Positions 62,403-64,000 of a stretch of DNA of 64,000 nt are shown here, in pieces. The notes beneath the pieces were generated by a model. That model was given only the letters and a program-made list of their open reading frames with translations. It did no database searches and was not told the origin of the DNA. Origin of the DNA: Methanobacteriota archaeon (lineage in GTDB: Archaea > Halobacteriota > Bog-38 > Methanoflorentales > Methanoflorentaceae); the NCBI GenBank assembly GCA_963720465.1, contig OY970393.1, positions 1,728,001 through 1,792,000 on the forward strand, in the 5' to 3' direction. Made by a program: the position numbers and the translations under genes. Within the stretch, counting starts at the first letter, position 1. Every line of letters starts with the position of its first letter.

Positions 62403-63401
62403 ATGGAGATTCGAAAGGTTCAACTTACTGGCAAATCGAGCTACACCGTTTCACTGCCCAAGGTTTGGGCCACGCAACTCGGTTTGAAGGAGAAGTCGCG
62501 AGTGGCGCTGTCAACGCTGCCTGACGGCTCGCTGCGGGTCACGCCTAACGAACACGTTAAGCCACAGGAACGTGGGGTTTTCAACATTGACGCCCTTTTT
62601 GACGAGGCCTTGGCACGCCACATGATTGCCATCTACATCGCGGGCTATGACACGTTCGAGCTTCGCGCTCAGAAGATTCGATCCGACCAGCGAGAGACGA
62701 TACGTGACATGTCCTACCGCCTCATTGGCATGGAAGTCGTCGAAGAGACCGCGAAATCGGTCGTAATACAGGATTTTCTAAGTCCTAATGAGCTGCAAGT
62801 CAAAAAGTCTATTAGGAGAATGCACCTCATCATCGAGTCGATGCTCGCCGACGCCATAAAATCGCTGCTGAAAAATGATATCGACCTCGCTAGTGACGTC
62901 ATAGTGAGAGATCGCGACGTGGATCGCCACTATTTGCTCGTGCTCAAACGGCTGCAAGAGATGGTCACGACCCCATTTTCGGAGGGTTCAGACATTGCCG
63001 CAAACGAGAGTCTTGAGTACTACCTCACCGCCGTCTCACTCGAGCGAATCGCCGATCACGGGACTAAAATAGCGCGCTGCGTGCTGACGTTGGCAGGAGG
63101 ACCAGTCCCTGAAGAGGTGCGCAACAGCATAAACGAGGCGAGTATCCTGTCAAATACCGTCGTACAGCTCGCGATGGATGCGCTTTCAAAACTTGATACG
63201 AAGCTTGCCGAGGAGGCTATAAGCGCAAAGGGCAGACAGACACCTATCCTTAAACGTCTGGAAGAGATGACGCTCGACCTAGATGCTCACGTAGCGCTGC
63301 CAATATACTGCATCATCACCAGTATTGACCGGGTTGCCGACTATGGGATGAACATAGCCGAGGTTGCCATCAATCTCGCAGTCGCAAAGTCGAATCGGTA
63401 A
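62403..63401 (+). CDS. phoU: phosphate uptake regulator (AbrB domain plus two PhoU domains)
   Basis: RKVQLTGKSSYTVSLPK.W, LERIADH, IDRVADY. Confidence 0.94.
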   Translation: MEIRKVQLTGKSSYTVSLPKVWATQLGLKEKSRVALSTLPDGSLRVTPNEHVKPQERGVFNIDALFDEALARHMIAIYIAGYDTFELRAQKIRSDQRETIRDMSYRLIGMEVVEETAKSVVIQDFLSPNELQVKKSIRRMHLIIESMLADAIKSLLKNDIDLASDVIVRDRDVDRHYLLVLKRLQEMVTTPFSEGSDIAANESLEYYLTAVSLERIADHGTKIARCVLTLAGGPVPEEVRNSINEASILSNTVVQLAMDALSKLDTKLAEEAISAKGRQTPILKRLEEMTLDLDAHVALPIYCIITSIDRVADYGMNIAEVAINLAVAKSNR

Positions 63402-63438
63402 GCATCTCGTCCGTTTGCTTTTTATGGCTGCTACCTGA

Positions 63439-63476
63439 TCTATATAGTCTATATAGGATACCCATATGATCTATAT
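63439..63476 (+). promoter_or_regulatory. TCTATAT(AG) repeats upstream of pstS
   Basis: TCTATATAG twice in tandem plus ATCTATAT; TCTATATA also at 62381 upstream of phoU. Confidence 0.45.
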
Positions 63477-63502
63477 TCGCTCCAGGGAGACGTGGTGAAC
63501 CT

Positions 63503-64000
63503 ATGAAAAAGATTTTTCCAATTGTGCTAATCTCATTGCTCGTCGCAGTAGCGGTTTTCGGAGCAGGATGTACGTCCAGCAACAACTCGACTAGCGGCAG
63601 CAGCAATACATTGTCACTTGCAGGGTCGACATCAGTGCAGCCAGACGCGCAAGCATTGGCGGCGGCCTACATGGCAAACAACTCAGGCGTCACTGTAAAC
63701 GTGGTAGGCGGCGGAACTGCGGCGGGCATTACGGCCGCCGGTACAGGCACTGCGCAGATCGGCATGGCTTCAGCTAATCTTACGGCCAGTGAGCTGGCGC
63801 AGTATCCGACTCTCCAGTCTATCCCAATTTGCGTTGATGGGATCGCCATCATCGTTAATCCGCACAACACTGCTGTGAATGGTCTGACCATTAACCAGGT
63901 GATGAACATCTATACCGGTAACATCACCAACTGGAACCAAGTCGGCGGAAGCAACGCGAAGATCGATGTCGTCAACAGGGAACAGGGATCCGGTACACGA
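63503..64000 (+). CDS. pstS: phosphate ABC transporter substrate-binding lipoprotein (partial; not in ORF track)
   Basis: Lipobox GAGC; AGSTSVQP, IGMAS, DGIAIIVN, ITNWNQVGG, REQGSGTR. Confidence 0.95.
   Translation, partial: MKKIFPIVLISLLVAVAVFGAGCTSSNNSTSGSSNTLSLAGSTSVQPDAQALAAAYMANNSGVTVNVVGGGTAAGITAAGTGTAQIGMASANLTASELAQYPTLQSIPICVDGIAIIVNPHNTAVNGLTINQVMNIYTGNITNWNQVGGSNAKIDVVNREQGSGTR

Overview
Archaeal chromosome segment, most likely Halobacteriota/Methanomicrobia-related. This is inferred from a haloarchaea-like but non-acidic TBP, SepCysS with its small upstream partner, a BHB-intron tRNA-Met, and archaeal TATA/BRE and GGAGGTGA motifs. The left ~48 kb is accessory and decaying. It holds four ABC-2 exporter modules (one with its ATPase collapsed to a 28-codon vestige), redox/detox genes, a P-type ATPase, glutamate decarboxylase, an MFS pump, a PAS histidine kinase, and many pseudogenes and gene fragments. 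The right ~15 kb is mostly intact housekeeping and stress genes (thiL, DUF89 phosphatase, htpX, pspA/pspAA/pspAB, rpiA, tRNA-Met, phoU, pstS). Most notable: (1) a stand-alone NifD/NifE-like metalloprotein that appears to keep both cofactor-ligand positions, translationally coupled to a signal-less trypsin-like serine protease; (2) a tRNA-Met with two strict BHB introns, one in the D-loop; (3) an hcp fragment fused to a tRNA-His 3' half through the anticodon loop, which looks like an off-target integration scar; (4) a duplicated orphan gene with a stop at the same codon in both copies but synonymous divergence past the stop; (5) three genes whose apparent start is ACG or ATA. No CRISPR array, rRNA, transposase or integrase was seen. 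All family calls come from manual motif recognition; no database searches were run.
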